Counted from the stretch's first letter, positions 50,332 through 63,580 are shown. The stretch is 64,000 bases of DNA from Eledone cirrhosa (GCA_964016885.1 OZ024742.1:358112001-358176000); one strand, 5' to 3'. Notes: generated by a model not told the origin, from the sequence alone. Numbers and translations are program-made.

Positions 50332-51601
50332 CTAGCAGAAGTGCCCGGCATTGCTCGGAGTTTAATTGCTTTAAAGTACTCTTAATTATTCCACTCAATT
50401 ATGATTATTGAGGCAAAGAAAGTAAATACGGGTAAGCAAGGAAGGGGGTGGTAACGAAAAATTTCAATTGCACAGTGAATAAGTGGAAAGTGACTACGAA
50501 GTAAGTTGTATGAAGAATGCACGTCAAATAGTAGGTCAAACCTGTAAGCCAAGCCCGTCTGAGTTATAGCACAAAAGAGTGTAAACAGGGGCAATAATTT
50601 GGAGCACACTGGAAAAAAAATCATCAAAATCGGACGTTCCTGAAAAAAGTTTTCTCATGATTTTTTTGTCTCATATTGCTAAAAACAAAGAAAAAAATTA
50701 CAAAAAGGACAACAATAAAATATATTGTCTTTGTTGAGATTCAAGTAAATAAATGCTTAAGCGTTGTATGACTACGTTTGTTGTTGTATAAATTCATCTG
50801 TTGCTTTTGAATATTTGTTATTTGATGTAAAATGTAATGGTAAATTACCGATCGCTCTCCAACAGGTTTGCAGTCGTATCCCTGGCAGTGGAGAATTCTG
50901 GTCTCCTCGGCCCCAGGGCTACTTCCCTACTCACCACCATAGGCGCTGAGCTGGCCAGCTGCAGGTGTGAGCCCCATGAGTTGGAGTGGCTTTTCCAGCA
51001 CGTCTCCCTTGCTGTCCTCTGAGGAAACGCCTTCTCCATTCTGTCCGCCGGGGCTGTGGGTGGGCCCCATTGCGTACCATTGTAGTTGTTGTATACAGAT
51101 ATTAACTCACTCAGAAAATGTTTTAAATGAAATGTATTTAGTTTTATCGGCTTTTTAAGTTTTGTTATTTAATGTATGACCGTCGTTGTGACTATGTTTG
51201 TTGTTGTATAAATTGATGTGTTGCTTAGTCTTCAAAGCTTATGTCGCGTTCCTGAACGAAGTTTTGTCGTTGTTAGAGTTGCAGAGGAGATTGAGAGGGA
51301 AGTAGAGGGAGGACTGAACCTTTTAAAGAGAGCTGCAACATGTATGTAGTTTTGAGGTTTTTGAGGGTAGTAGAGAGAGGGATTAAGCATGTAAGAGAGA
51401 GGGTTACAGCATGTATTTAGTTTTATCGATTTTTTTCATAGAAGCAGGACATTTTTGGCAAAGTTTATTATTCGTTGACCATTGTTGGTAAATTTGGAGC
51501 ATATTGGGAAAAAAATCATCAAAATCGGTAGAGAAATGTGGAAATGCATAAAAATCATACACACACACACAGACAGACATCTTCCGTTTTATATATATAG
51601 A
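50332..51601 (-). mobile_element. Non-autonomous Helitron
   Basis: minus strand begins TCTATATATATAAAAC..(TGTC)n and ends with hairpin ccgagcaatgccggg then CTAG|T; internal direct repeats at 50601/51496 and 50761/51181. Confidence 0.7.
50838..51065 (+). mobile_element. CRE-clade 3' remnant inside the Helitron
   Basis: YRSLSNRFAVVSLAVENSGLLGP..WLFQHVSLAVL*GNAFSILS; homologous to 29555-29750. Confidence 0.7.
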
Positions 51602-52582
51602 CTAGCAGAAAACCACCCCGTGGGCGGTTTTCTGCTAGCAAATCTAGTGTATATACTGATATTGTTGAGATTTGGATGAGAAATGTTTTCGGCACCACAT
51701 GTTCACCGTCTCTCGGTGTGTCTTTTATGCATGTATAAATATATATGTTATCTATACGGTGAAATCTTTGAAATAAATATATGTTAAAACGAAAAAGGAG
51801 AAAATAAATAACTGGCGGTTAGAAAAAAATATTCCTATGAAATTTTAATCATACCATTAGGTGTGAATAAGGAAATATTTTTTTATTGTCAAAACAAATG
51901 TTCAAAAGTTAAACTTCAATTTTTTTAATTATTTCCAATTTTTTCATGAAATTGAACACTGGACATTGGCTGCTGGAAATGGAAATTAAATCGTATTTAA
52001 TTGTATTTAAATTTCTAACCTTATTTTATTATTTATATTTTTTCAATGAGAAATAAAAAAACAACAACAAAAATTGAAGAAAAAAATTGAACAAATCAAA
52101 CGTAGGATATGGAACTGCGCAATCTGATTAATAAATTACCTCATCTGCAGCAACCTTCTTCAAATGGTCCTTATTATCAGCAGCAACAACCACAAATTCA
52201 ATGGCAACCTTCTTCAAATGGTTCTTATTATCAGCAGCAACAACCACAAATTCAATGGCAACCTTCTTCAAACCACAAATTCAATGGCAACCTTCTTCGC
52301 ATGGTGTCAAGTCAGAACCGCCTCGAACTGGTTACTTCTGGCTTGTGCAAGGTGTCTCTATACCAACCAGCGATTCCCTCGGCCTCAGTGACCAAAGTCA
52401 GTGGAGAGGGGAAGGTAATGTTTCTATAGCACGTGTTTTAGCGTCTATTCACTCTCTGTCTCTCCCTCCCGCTATCCCCCTCTCGTAGTCTGTCTCTTTC
52501 TTTCACTCTCACTCTCTCTCTATGCACGTGTTTCCACTGTCGGACAGACAGACAGAGAAATTGCTGGTTATATATATAAGTA
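51602..52582 (-). mobile_element. Second putative Helitron, head-to-tail with the first
   Basis: CTAG plus hairpin at 51602-51638; acagacagacagag..ttatatatataag at ~52545-52582 resembles the 5' end of the first element. Confidence 0.45.
52150..52297 (+). repeat. 54-bp tandem repeat (QPSSNGSYYQQQQPQIQW in one frame)
   Basis: caaccttcttcaaatggttcttattatcagcagcaacaaccacaaattcaatgg twice, plus shortened copies. Confidence 0.85.
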
Positions 52583-52902
52583 TATATATATATAAACAAT
52601 GAACTCATAACATTAAGTTCATATGAAGATATGTCACTATCTTTAAACCAAATATTGTATTTTATCTTATGAAACCATACCAAAATACTGGTACCCTTGA
52701 AATATGTATAATAAAATAAATATGGTTTTATAAAGATATTTTCCATTTATTAATATTATTGATATTATATATATATATCATTCATATATATATATATTGG
52801 AAGATGTGTGAAAAAGGGAAAAGAATGACTTCACTTGTAGTTCTAAACAATTTAATTTTATAATATTATAAAATTAAATTGTTTAGAGCTACATATATAT
52901 CT

Positions 52903-53035
52903 TATATTATTTATATATTTATATTATTTATATATTTATATTATTTATATATTTATATTATTTATATATTTATATTATTTATATATTTATATTATTTATA
53001 TATTTATATTATTTATATATTTATATTATTTATAT
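52903..53035. repeat. 17-bp AT-only minisatellite
   Basis: atattatttatatattt about 8 times. Confidence 0.9.
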
Positions 53036-53049
53036 ATGTTGAATATACA

Positions 53050-53238
53050 GGGCGGTGAATTGGCAATATTGGTAGAGGGTCGGACGCCATGCTTTCCAGC
53101 ATAGTTACGACCCTTTATGGCCTAAGTTCAAATCCCGCCAGGTTAACTTTGTCTTTCATCCTTACGAGGTCGATAAAATAAAGTACCAGTAATGCACTGG
53201 GTAATTGCTGGCCTTGTGCCAAAAGTAGAAACAATTAT
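53050..53238 (+). mobile_element. SINE family 1
   Basis: full copy starting gggcggtgaattggc. Confidence 0.85.
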
Positions 53239-54499
53239 TTATATATGTTCATACATGGAACAAAGGTACTGCCCAAGATTTCAAGGCCCAATATTGACCG
53301 CACCTCCAAAATACAAGAGGCATCATATTGATCTTTCATCAGGCACTTATACACCTTTGTATGAACATAAATAATATATTTCTGCTCTCTTCCTTGTTAT
53401 CACATTGTTTCTTGTTTCAAGTCACAGAATTCCTATAAATATTGATTTCTAGTCTTTGTACAAGGCCGTATATACTTCAGTTATAGCCTATATAATTTTG
53501 TCTGATACTAGTTATCTATTCCTACTTACTTTAGAATAAAAGGCAAATCCAACACCATTGCGATTTGAACTCAGAACATAGTGTACATAACTAAATATTG
53601 AAAGACATTTTGTTCAGTGCTCTACCAATTCTTCCATCTAACATCCTAGAAACTAAAATATTTGTTTGAAATTTAGGCAGAAGGCTAGTAGGTGTTTCTT
53701 TTTATTTTTATATTTATTATATCGACCCTTGTAATTATATTTATTAACCTTTGATGGATTAAAGACAAAGTTGAGAGTAACAAGATTTGAACTTGAAACA
53801 TTGAAAATTGTTACTAAATCCTGTAAAAGATTGTATTTGATATTCTATCAACACTTCTGATCCACTGCCCTATAAGCTTCCGAAATATTGAAGATGATTT
53901 TATTGCTATATCAACATGTAATACAATCTTTTGCAAGTGACAGATAATTAGAGAATTAATAATTCATTTTGATGACAAATCTTTTTTGCAATTGAATATA
54001 ATAATTACAGGCCAAAGAATTCTATAATTCAACTTAAAAGATGGCAATGTTTACCATTTCAACTAGTTTATTCAAAACTGCTCTTACATTTGGCAGGAGA
54101 CTACTAAAATATCTTTCAGAAAGATCTAGCCATGCATACATTTAGAGTTTTATCATCAGAGGTAGAATAGGATTTGACAAAATGCAGAAGATTTTATATA
54201 AAAAAACAAAACAAAAACAAACAAAAACATAAAAAAAACAAGACCCGAAAAGCCATACTTTCTTTTGAACTGCACTAGGAAGAAGACAAATACTCTCTTC
54301 TCCAATTATTCAAAATGTGATTGCAGTGAAAAAAAAATGTTATTTTTAGCATTAAAAAATATATTTAATAAGCATCTTAGTAAGAAAAAAGAATAAGGTT
54401 CTTAGCTTTTGGGTGGAAGCTTCAGCTGTGCAATGACTTGAAGAGCAACTGAGGAAATAAAAATATTGCAGAACAGATTATTGGAAAATAAAATAGCTT

Positions 54500-54566
54500 T
54501 ATATATATATATATATTGAGTGTGTGTGTATATATATATGTATATATAAGTATATATATTTATATT

Positions 54567-54606
<40 letters not shown>

Positions 54607-54642
54607 TAATTATATTTGTATATACATATATAAATATATTTG

Positions 54643-54674
<32 letters not shown>

Positions 54675-54696
54675 TATATTTGTATATATATATATA

Positions 54697-54730
<34 letters not shown>

Positions 54731-54818
54731 AATACATATATTTGTATATATATATATATATATATATAAATATATATATATTTTTATATATATATATATT
54801 TGTATATATATATATTTG

Positions 54819-54875
<57 letters not shown>

Positions 54876-54877
54876 TA

Positions 54878-54912
<35 letters not shown>
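54500..54912. repeat. (TA)n microsatellite
   Basis: direct reading. Confidence 0.95.
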
Positions 54913-54914
<2 letters not shown>

Positions 54915-55448
54915 TATTTTGGTATAGAATTATTTGTTCTGATTTCTATGTTGTTCTTTGTAGTAAATCTTTTTACAAAACTTTATAAAACTACAAAGCT
55001 TATGCTATGTTTTATCAGTTGAAAATATATATAGAAATGGGAATACATTTATTTTAATTCTTTACAATTGAGATTTTTAAAAGTGTATGATAACTCAAGC
55101 AGCAACTATTACTGATAAATCACAAATATTATAAATGATACTTATTTTTGCTTTACATGAATGTGCATGTCTGTCTGTGTGTGTGTTTCTGTATATTTAT
55201 ATACTATAAATATATAATTTTTAACCAATTAATTACTTAGATTTAAAATATCATATGAACATGGTAAAGAGTAAAGACAAAATGTTCTGCCAAACTTCTC
55301 CAATGATGAGCCCTCCTTTAATGTGTTCTATGTCTACTCAGGGTTGATTTAAACATTGAGGGCAGGGGGAGGGGCAAGCAAATTTCCCCCTTTGCCTTCT
55401 ATTAAACCTAGCCCTACTTCTACTACAAGAGTATATGTATGTGTGTGT

Positions 55449-55845
55449 CATCATCACCGTTTTACGTCCGTTCTTCTATGCTAGCATGGGTTAGGCGGGT
55501 TGTCCTGTTGTGGGCAGTGTCCGATCAGCTGACCTTGTCTTGCTCATACAGGAACTGATTCTGGCTTGATTTCTACAGCTGGATGTCCTTCCTAACACCA
55601 ACCTCATTTACAGTGAGTGCTGGGTGCTTTTTTTCCGTGGTGCCTACACGTCCACTTTACAGTGGGAGAGTGTGTGGGCATATTGCCTATATGCTTCAGC
55701 TTCAGCTTGTACCCATGGGAAGTCGTTTCTTCTGTATTACTGTGTAATGCCAGAGGTCACAGCCGTGTGTCATCACCCTAGAGAGGTGCAATTGATTAAG
55801 ATCGGCTTTTATCCCCTCATCCCAGGTCTTGTTGGATCTCCTCAC
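55449..55845 (-). mobile_element. RTE family B 3' fragment
   Basis: KTWDEGIKADLNQLHLSRVMTH..PMGTS plus a UTR with only one pseudoknot module. Confidence 0.85.
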
Positions 55846-56274
55846 TGTGTGTGTGTGTATGTTTGTATGTGGATGTGTGTGCATGTATTTGTATGTACAT
55901 GTACAAATTCTACGTGTGGGAGTGTGTGTGTGTGTAGGTATTTTATGCTAGTGTGTGTGTATGTGTGTAATCACTTATATTTTGTTTTTGTTTTTGTTTA
56001 TAAGGGTTATTTTCTTGTCATGCTTGAGATATGTTGGATTCTAGGCCTGTGATTGGTCATTCTATTAACTTGTTTTTGTCTGGTTGGTCGTCTTCAGGTT
56101 CGATGTGATTTTTGTTATATTAACACTGGTGTGAAGATCAGGCAGACTTGGAGTCTGGTCTGGGGTGATGACCCCAGATCACAAGCCAGCTACCTGGGAA
56201 GCATTTGTAAGTGAGTTAAGCAATAAATCTCATATGTAACACTTCTACTTTGTTCTTATTATATATGTATATAT

Positions 56275-56428
56275 ATGCTTTGACGCATAGAGTTACGGCC
56301 CTTGCCATTCTGAGTTCAAATCCCGCCGAGGTTAACTTTGCCTTTCATCCTTACGGGGTCGATAAAATAAAGTACCAGTAATGCACTGGGGTAATTGCTG
56401 GCCTTGTGCCTAAAGTAGAAACAATTAT
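56275..56428 (+). mobile_element. 5'-truncated SINE family 1 within (TA)n
   Basis: matches 3750-3903. Confidence 0.8.
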
Positions 56429-56474
56429 ATATGTATATATATTTATATATATATATTTATATATATATGTATAT

Positions 56475-57160
56475 GCAGTAGATGTACAGGGAAAGTTGGC
56501 AGTAGTAATCGATGTAATAGACTCATTTTTTCAATGCAGGTGGGTTCTATAGAAGTGGTTGCTAGCTTCTGATACATTGGTGATCAGATTAGCATGAGAG
56601 GGAGCTGTTCTGAGGCCATAGTATCTAGAATAAGGACAGGTTGGAAGAAGTTTAGGGTGCTGCTCCCTCTGTTGACAAAGAAGGGTTTCTCCCTGCATAC
56701 GAAAGGACGGTTACATGATGACAGTGTGAGATGCGCAATGCTGCATAGTAGTGAGACATGGGCAGCAACTGCAGAAGATATGCAAGGCTGCAGAGAAATG
56801 AAGCATGTATGCTCCGTTGGATGTGCAATGTCAATGTGTGTGAACGACCAAGCATGGATGTGTTGAGAGAGAAACTGTGTATAAGAGGGATAGAATGTAA
56901 TGTGCGGGAGAAGAGACTGCGATTGTATGGACATGTGATGGACATGGAGGATGAAGGATGGGTGAAGAAGTGCCAGGAAGTCCCAGTGAAGGGAGGACGC
57001 AGTAGAGGTAGACCACGTAAAACATGGGCAGGGGTGGTGAGAGCAGACCTCAGATCACAGAAGCTTACGGTGGAGATGACGAAGGACCGTGACGGGTGGA
57101 GAGATGTTGGGCTGAATAGGACCCGTCCAACCCTTGCAAGCAGGGAAAAGCGTATGTAAA

Positions 57161-57190
<30 letters not shown>
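56475..57190 (+). mobile_element. RTE family A 3' fragment
   Basis: [30 protein letters not shown], (GAT)n tail, (TA)n on both sides. Confidence 0.9.
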
Positions 57191-57250
<60 letters not shown>

Positions 57251-57300
57251 GTATATATATATACATATATATATACATATATATATATGTATATATATAT

Positions 57301-59450
57301 CAAGCATGTTCTACAACGCGAGGACCAAAAACATGAGGTGTTCAAGATTGCTAGGCAATGTGTCAAGGATAACCGTGATATTGTCGGTGAGAAGTGTGTC
57401 CTTAATGATGACGCCGTACTTGCCATCACTGACGCTGATAAGAAGGTAGCTTGGAAGTGTCACTATGAAAGGCTACTAAATGAGGAGAATAAATGGGAGA
57501 AAGACAGTTTCCCCCACATCGATCCAATAGAGGGACCAGCAGTGTTAGTCGAAGGTAGTATAATAAGTAAGGCAATCAAAGATATGAAGATGGGTAAGGC
57601 GGCTGTGCCTTCGGAAATAGTTGCTGAAATGCTGAAAGCATCTGGAACGGTGGGACACACTATGGTCACCCGGATAGTAAACCAAGTCATACAAAATGGG
57701 GTTGTTCCGAAGGACTGGCGTAGCAGCATCATCATTAACTGCTACAAGGGTAAAGGAGATGCCCTAGATAGGAGTAACTATAGAGGCATTAAATTAATCG
57801 ACCAGGTCATGAAGGTCACAGAAAAAGGAATAGCGCAACTAATCAGAGAGAGAATTGATCTAGATGAAATACAGTTCGGGTTTGAGTCAAGTAAAAGTAC
57901 CACAGACACTCTTTTCATTGTACGACAACTACAGGAGAAGTAGCTACCTAAAAGTAAACCCCTATACTTAGCTTTTGTCGACTTGGAGAAAGCCTTCGAC
58001 AGAGTCCCCCGTTCCATTATCTGGTGGGCTCTTAGAAAACTAGGTGTTGATGAATGGCTTGTGAGAGCGATACAAGCCATGTATAAAGAAACAGTCAGGA
58101 AGGTTAGAATTAACAATGAATATAGTGAAGAGTTTAGCGTAAAAGTTGGCGTTCATCAGGGCTCCATTCTTAGCCTCCTACTAACAGTGGAGTTCAAGAC
58201 CGGCTGCCCATGGGAACTCCTATACGCAGATGATCTAACGCTCATAGCTGAATCAATGGCCGAACTAGAGAAGAAATTCCAAACATTGTAACATGGCCTA
58301 GAATCAAAATGCCTTAAAATTAACCTGTCTAAGACTAAAGTTCTAGTTTGTGGGAAGGAAAATAAGGCACCAGTCCCATCTGGCAAATGGCCATGCTCAA
58401 TGTGTAGGAAAGGAGTAGGTAGAAACTCCATTTTATGTCCCAAATACAAAGTATGGGTGCATAAAAGATGTAGTGGGATCACAGGTAAGCTAGCTAAGAA
58501 CATAGATTTTATATGTAGCCGGTGCTCTGGCGCAATAAGTAGCAGCAAGTGCCCAAAAAATACTAGCTCATTCCATTGCACAGAGGGTTCTATAGAAATA
58601 GTGGACACCTTCCGTTACTTGGGTGACAAAATCAGCAGTGGTGGAGGGTGCTCTGAAAGTACAGTAGTTAGAGTCTGAACTGGATAGAAAAAGTTCAGAG
58701 AGCTTATACCACTATTAGCCGCTAAAGGGTTCTCTCTAAAAATGAAAGGCAGGCTGTATGATGCCTGCATATGAACAGCAATGTTACATGGCAGTGAGAC
58801 CTGGGCATTGTGTGCAGAGAATATACGCAGACTGGAGAGGAACGAAGCTTGCATGCTCCGCTGGATGTGTAATAGTAATATACGTGAACGGCAAAGCATT
58901 AACGAACTAAGGGAAAAATTAGAAATAAGAGGGATGAGATGTTGTTTACTCGAGAGAAGACTACGTTGGTATGGTCACGTGATGCGCATGAAGACAATGT
59001 CACTGGACCGAGATCTTTGGCACTACACAGTAATACAGAAGACCCGCCTTACCTAAGTACAAAGTGAAACCTACTACATTAAGTAGGCACCTCTAACAAA
59101 ATACCCCCCCCCCGTCCCACTACCCCCACCCCATCCACACCACTCCTTTCAATGTAAAGTTATGTTGGTAACACAACATCCAGCCCGAAACAAATGAGGT
59201 CGTGTAGGTGTCACGACAAAAAAAGACACGGTCCACGCTGTAATGTGGCCGTATAGATAACACAGTAAAAACCTCCCAGTCCACACTGTAAACGTGTTTG
59301 GTGTTAGGAAGGGCATCCAGCCATAGAAAACCTGCCAGACAGTCCTATGCGAACGAGACAACAAATCTTGCCTCAAGTGGGAAAACTCCCGTCCAAACCC
59401 ATGCAAGCGTGGAAGATGGACGTTAAACGATGATGATGATGATGATGATG
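57301..59450 (+). pseudogene. RTE family C LINE, 5'-truncated, RT with several stops and an internal deletion
   Basis: [27 protein letters not shown]-like finger..RRLRWYGHVMRM|KTMSLD (deletion relative to 59873-60567); structured 3' UTR and (GAT)n tail. Confidence 0.9.
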
Positions 59451-59589
59451 ATATGCATATATATGTATATATATATACACACACATATATATATATATAT
59501 TTATTAAAATAACAGATTAAAGTTTAAGCAAAGAATCGCTGCTTTTGCCCTTAATGGGATCTTCTGAAATTTATTATTATTACTATATA

Positions 59590-59825
59590 TATATATATAT
59601 ATATATATCGATCGACTTTCGTCAAATTGGACCGAGGAAACAATGTTTCCGTTGGTCTTTCCAGTTGCTAGTACTATCTATCGGTCGCAACTCCAGGTAG
59701 AAGGAGCAACGTGAAATAAAGCGTCTTGCTCAAGGACATAACGCATCGCCCGGTCCAGGAATCGAACTCACAACCTCAACATCCTCAACATTGTGAATCC
59801 AATTCTCTAACCATTCAGCTACACG
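59590..59825 (-). mobile_element. CORE-like tRNA SINE variant
   Basis: gtgaaataaagcgtcttgctcaagga and B-box complement ggaatcgaac; different tail; related copies at ~34640-34880 and ~36230-36370. Confidence 0.6.
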
Positions 59826-59846
59826 CCAATGTGAAATAAAGTGTCT

Positions 59847-59872
<26 letters not shown>

Positions 59873-59877
<5 letters not shown>

Positions 59878-60567
59878 ACGACAAAGCATAAACGAACTAA
59901 GAAAAAAATTAGAGATAAGAGGGATCAGATGTTGTTTACTCGAGAGAAGGCTACGTTGGTATGGACACGTGATGCGCATGAAAGTCGATAGCTGTATGAC
60001 AAAGTGCAGAGCAATAAAGATAGATGGTAGCCACGGAATAGGCAGACCTAGAAAAACCTGGGACGAGCTGATAAACTCCGACCTCACACACTTACACCTC
60101 TCCAAGACAATGTCACTGGACCGAGACCTTTGGCGGTACTCAGTAACAGAGAAGACACTCCTTACCTAAATATATAGTAAAACCTACTCCAGCCAGTAGG
60201 CATCTCTAACAAAATACACCCCGTCCCACCACCCCCACCCCCACCCCATCCACACCAGCCCGTTCTATGTAAAGTTATGTTGGTGCCGCGCCATCCAGGC
60301 CGAAACAAATGAGATCGTGTAGGTGTCACGACAAAAAAACACACAGTTCACGCTGTAATGTGGCCGTGTAGGCAACACGGTAAAAACCTCCCAGACCCAC
60401 ACTGTAAATGTGGTTGGTGTTAGGAAGGGCATCCAACTGTAGAAAACCTGCCAGACAGTACTATGCGAGCAAGACAATCACGCTTGCCTCAAGTGGGACT
60501 ACCCCCGTCCAAACCCATGCAAACGTGGAACACGGACGTTAAACGTTGATGATGATGATGATGATGA
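59873..60567 (+). mobile_element. RTE family C 3' fragment
   Basis: ERQSINELRKKLEIRG..GRPRKTWDEL, UTR and (GAT)n tail; flanked by (TA)n. Confidence 0.9.
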
Positions 60568-60591
60568 TATATATATATATATATATATATA

Positions 60592-60681
60592 TCATCATCA
60601 TCATCATCATCATTGTTTAACGTCCATCTTCCACGCTTGCATGGGTTTGGATGGGAGTTTTCCCACTTGAGGCAAGATTTG
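60592..60681 (-). mobile_element. RTE family C extreme 3' tail
   Basis: reverse complement of ~59361-59450. Confidence 0.85.
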
Positions 60682-60739
<58 letters not shown>

Positions 60740-60743
<4 letters not shown>

Positions 60744-62764
60744 CAACTTGACTGCTATTTCATCACTAGAGATTAAAAAACATAACCTCCAAAACAACAT
60801 AATGTCCCTCATCAGCAATCAGAGAAGAGCTGAAGAGGCCTGGGCCATTGAGAAGATCAAACTCAATCCCAAAGTGTTCTTTTCATTTGCAAAAAAACAC
60901 AAAATCACTGGCTCTACTGTTGGCCCTCTAATTGATGAAAATGGCACTCTTCAAGACAATGCTAAAACCATGGGTGAGATACTGCAGAAACAATACTGCT
61001 CTGTTTCAGCAATCCTGATATGGCCGATCTGGGCTGTATCGGCGATGTTACTCCCCATTACACCTTATCGGACATAACGTTTGGCGCCCCTGATGTCTTA
61101 GCGGCAATAAAGGAAATCAAGCATAATTCAGCAGTAGGTCCCGATAGGTTCCCTGCTTGTGTCTTGAAGGCGCGTCAACACCAACTTGCATCTCCTCTTG
61201 CCAATCTGTGGCGGAACTCACTGGATGCTGGATATGTGCCAGAAAACCTTCTATCTCAGTCTGTTGTCCCAGTTTTCAAAAAGGGAAACAAATCCCTTGC
61301 CGTGAATTACCGTCCAATCTCACTCACTTCTCATATCATTAAGGTATTTGAGAGAGTGGTGAGATCGCGAATGACCCACTTCCTTGAGAGTAACAATATG
61401 CTGAACTCCAACCAGCATGGATTCCGTAATGGAAGGGATTGCCTGACGCAGCTATTGCATCACTTTGATGACATTTTGAGAGCCTTGGGAGAGGGTTCCA
61501 ACACTGATGTTATCTACCTTGATTTCAGCAAGGCCTTTGACAGGGTTGATCATAACATTCTACTGAGAAAGCTGTCCAATATTGGTGTCACTGGAAAGCT
61601 GCTGCAGTGGATCAAGAGCTTCCTGTCAAATAGAACCCAACATGTTGTAGTTGAAGGAGTCAAATCCAGCCCAGCCAAAGTCAGTAGTGGGGTCCCACAA
61701 GGCACTGTGTTGGGCCCTCTTCTCTTCATCATCTATATTAATGACATCACTGACATCATCAAACACAGCAACATTAAAATTTTCGCTGATGATTCCAAGC
61801 TCCAAAAGGTCATCAATGGCGTGGATGACCGGATAAGCCTTCAGTCAGACCTACTGGCTGTTACCCAATGGGCGGAAAAGAACAACATGTTACTGAACGA
61901 AGACAAATTCGAACTGATCCACTTTGGAAAAGAGGATGCTGTGAAACTCCCGTACTCCCTTCCCTCCGGGGAAACTCTCGTGGCATCTAACAACATCAGA
62001 GACTTGGGAGTAACCGTGGACAGCAACATAAGCTGGGCCACGCATATAAGCAGCAAAGTTGACATGGCCCGCAGAATGTGTTCCTGGATCCTCAGAACCT
62101 TCCAGTCGAGAGATTCCCACATCATTATCCTTCTCTTCTCTACTTTTGCCCGACCACACCTTGAATACTGTTGTCCACTGTGGTCTCCCCACACGAAACA
62201 AAGTATCATGAAACTTGAAGCTCCTCAAAGGGCAATCACGAAAAAGATAGATGGCATGTCAGACCTTGACTACTGGGGTCGACTAGAAAACCTGAAACTT
62301 TACTCACTCCAACGTCGCCGTGAGCGTTATATTATCTGCATGATGTGGAAAATGTTCCATCATCACTGCCCAAATGATGTTGGCATCGCCTTCAAGATAC
62401 ACCCAAGGCTTGGGCCCCGTGCTATCCGTCCCATTCAAAAATCTAAATCGCAACTCATAACAACAATACGGCACAATTGTTTCACCTCAATCGGCCCTGC
62501 TCTCTTCAACATCACACCAGGACACGTCAAAACAGAAACTGACCACACAAAATTCAAGAAGTCTTTGGACAAATTCCTCCAAGTAATCCCGGACAAACCA
62601 CCCACACCCGGATATGTCTCCGCAAACAGTAATTCTCTTCTCGAATGGGCCATGGTGCCCAAATCCTGAATTGAAAGACTTCGCCAGGTGGTGCTATTAA
62701 GTTAGACATGGCCTGGGCCAATACTGGCCAAAACATTTCAAAGTTATTCAAAGTTAAAGTTACA
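60740..62764 (+). mobile_element. CR1-group LINE, 5'-truncated, in (TA)n
   Basis: IKLNPKVFFSFAK.. frame joined to the RT ORF by one frameshift near 61010; ~90-nt 3' UTR ending in (TTCAAAGTTA)-like repeats. Confidence 0.88.
61020..62669 (+). CDS. CR1-group reverse transcriptase (partial ORF2)
   Basis: NYRPISLTS, QHGFR, YLDFSKAFDRVDH, SGVPQGTVLGPLLFIIYIND, FADD, RPHLEYCCPLWSP. Confidence 0.88.
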   Translation: MADLGCIGDVTPHYTLSDITFGAPDVLAAIKEIKHNSAVGPDRFPACVLKARQHQLASPLANLWRNSLDAGYVPENLLSQSVVPVFKKGNKSLAVNYRPISLTSHIIKVFERVVRSRMTHFLESNNMLNSNQHGFRNGRDCLTQLLHHFDDILRALGEGSNTDVIYLDFSKAFDRVDHNILLRKLSNIGVTGKLLQWIKSFLSNRTQHVVVEGVKSSPAKVSSGVPQGTVLGPLLFIIYINDITDIIKHSNIKIFADDSKLQKVINGVDDRISLQSDLLAVTQWAEKNNMLLNEDKFELIHFGKEDAVKLPYSLPSGETLVASNNIRDLGVTVDSNISWATHISSKVDMARRMCSWILRTFQSRDSHIIILLFSTFARPHLEYCCPLWSPHTKQSIMKLEAPQRAITKKIDGMSDLDYWGRLENLKLYSLQRRRERYIICMMWKMFHHHCPNDVGIAFKIHPRLGPRAIRPIQKSKSQLITTIRHNCFTSIGPALFNITPGHVKTETDHTKFKKSLDKFLQVIPDKPPTPGYVSANSNSLLEWAMVPKS

Positions 62765-63186
<422 letters not shown>

Positions 63187-63505
63187 GGCTTAGTGGTTAG
63201 ACGATTGACCTTGCAATCGGGAGGGCGTGAGTTCAATTCTCAGACCGAGTGATGTGTTGTGTCCTTGAACAAGACACTTTATTTCACATTGCTCCAGTTT
63301 ACTCACCTGTAGAAATGAGATAATAGGGACAGGGGTCCATATCATTCCACTGTAAAAGAGGACGTATAGGCGCCACGGAAAAAAAACACCCAGTCCTCAC
63401 TGTAAATGTGGTTGGTGTTACGAAGCTGTAGAAATCAAGCCAGAATCAGTTCCCATCCCACCCTTGCAAGCAGGGAAAAGTGGACGTAAAATGATGATGA
63501 TGATG
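63187..63505 (+). mobile_element. SINE family 2 with RTE-A-type tail
   Basis: ggcttagtggttag head, GTTCAATTC, CORE-like body, one pseudoknot module, tail cccacccttgcaagcagggaaaagtggacgtaaaatgatg. Confidence 0.82.
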
Positions 63506-63547
63506 ATATACATATATATATATACATATATATATATACATATATAC

Positions 63548-63580
<33 letters not shown>

